The notes under the pieces were generated by a model. That model did no database searches. It was not told where the DNA came from and saw only the letters and a program-made list of their open reading frames with translations. Below, piece by piece: positions 62,231 through 64,000 of a DNA stretch of 64,000 nucleotides. This stretch comes from Chrysomallon squamiferum (Eukaryota; Animalia; Mollusca): contig CM022666.1 of NCBI GenBank assembly GCA_012295275.1, forward strand, positions 12,462,001 to 12,526,000. The letters are read 5' to 3'. Each line of letters opens with the position of its first letter. Position 1 is the first letter of the stretch. A program made the translations under genes and the position numbers.

Positions 62231-64000
62231 CTGAAAGAACATAAAATTTTATATAGAAAGCGATTTATTAAGAGAGCAAGAAAGAGAAAATTAGGCTTAA
62301 TTCAGATAATCTTGAAAAATACAAACAGAAGTCCCAGATGTTGCTTTTCCTGGATTGATATCTTATAAATTGTTATTCAAAACAGTTTTATTCATATATT
62401 ATTAATCAATATAAAATTATATTACAAATACAGATTAAAAGAAACCTTGAAAAAAAAAAAAAAAAGTATTTGAAAAATACCAGTAACAGAAATATTTTAC
62501 TTCTATATTCATTTAACAATTTATAATCCTTTTCTGTGATACAGTAAATGATATGGCAGTTACATCTATTATGGAGAGACATTCCAGGTAATTACAGAAA
62601 CAGGTAACTAGTTAATCATGCCATTTCATCCCTACAGTCTTTATGTTCGCTATCAAAGTATCAAAACTAATCAAGTTTCTGCAAAATAAATATTAACTGT
62701 TAAAAGCCAGATGCACAAACAGATTTAAATTTATGTATTTGTATTAGAAAAGCCATCAAGCACTGGTGACAAAATAGCTACATTGTTATATATATTCTGT
62801 TTAATGTGTATAAAATGTTGTTTTAAAAACAGCTGTAATTACTGCATAACATCACAAAATGTATATTTTATAATCTGTCAGTTACATACACGTGTTCAAG
62901 CAATATTCTCATGTAATTTCACATTAAAATGCTGTGTGCACACACATCTTTTATGATTTATTCTTAACAAACATACTGTTAGAATAGCAATATAAATATA
63001 CAATATATAATTGAACAAATGTAATAAATAAACAATTATTTTAAAAATATATCAATGAAAGCTGTGGCTAATAATATATTAGTTAATGGAAGCATTCACA
63101 TAATCATACTAATAACCACTTGAATGTATTCCTAAACCCAGTACTAGAAATAATCAAAAATGGGAAAACATTATGATCCTAAATGATTGTTAAATATAAA
63201 CATGATGACTACACAGACAAAACAGATACATTTACACAACAAACAACTGTATAGCGATACATTCTTTACTAAAGCAAACCAGAGCCACTAACTATGCATA
63301 CATCACATGCTGCATAAAATATATAATGTAGAGAAACACTATATTCATATCAAGCAATATATACATGAATATCAAAGACAAACAGGGTTGCAAATAAAGT
63401 ACAAGCCCAAGCAGAGCATTCAGGATTTCTACAAATTTAACAAAAATATTTTTGTTTTAATTATATGAAGATTGTGTATTACTAGATTAATGGCTTCTGT
63501 CTTTAAAATTATTAGAATAAAACATTAGTAAACCAGTGTATAAAAACCAATAGACAAATGCACTTATTTTGAAAGTGGTGAAAACTGACATTCATTAATA
63601 TCCATTTTATTTATTTATTTATTTTAATCTGTTTATATAGAACAATTTTCATTAACATTTTTTTTTTTTTTTTTTTTAAATATAATAATAATAGTAATAA
63701 TAACAATCAAAGAGACAATCATTTTTAATTACCATTTTATACTATTTTTCTTATGCACCTGTTTACCTGATGTATTTCTTCTAACTTATCTTAAAGACAG
63801 GATATACTTATTAGTAATGTTCCTTGCGAACTGCCATTTGTTAAGATTACAAACTGACAAATTATTTTAACACACATTTGTAAATTTAATGATTGATCAA
63901 GGCAATCTTAATTCTTTCATCTTATCAGTGTACAATTAAGACAGGCCACACAGACTAAATACATGCATGTTTTAGTATTCACTGCTTACACAAGTTATAT

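Overview
AT-rich, microsatellite-rich eukaryotic (invertebrate, probably mollusc; inference) DNA with four intron-containing genes, all reconstructed by hand from GT-AG junctions. (1) A complete 12-exon secreted HYR/Sushi(CCP) protein, + strand, 34-6912, about 684 aa. Its first ~200 bp recur inverted at 9754-9949. (2) A 5-exon, 245-aa CAP-Gly protein, + strand, 12419-15585, with a variant GDNCG motif and a ~102-bp tandem array downstream. (3) RanBP2/Nup358, - strand, 52351 to about 22859 or further. Its single SUMO-E3 IR exon sits inside an array of six duplicated 81-nt symmetric exons, and it has two apparent 1-bp frameshifts. (4) The 3' exon of glycogenin, - strand, whose glycogen-synthase-binding motif is followed by a ~430-aa Pro/Ala/Lys tail with 12 x PPAAPPKSV. 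Also present: three Tc1/mariner-superfamily remnants, two MITEs and microsatellite-bounded tandem duplications. No database searches were possible, so family calls rest on recalled motifs.
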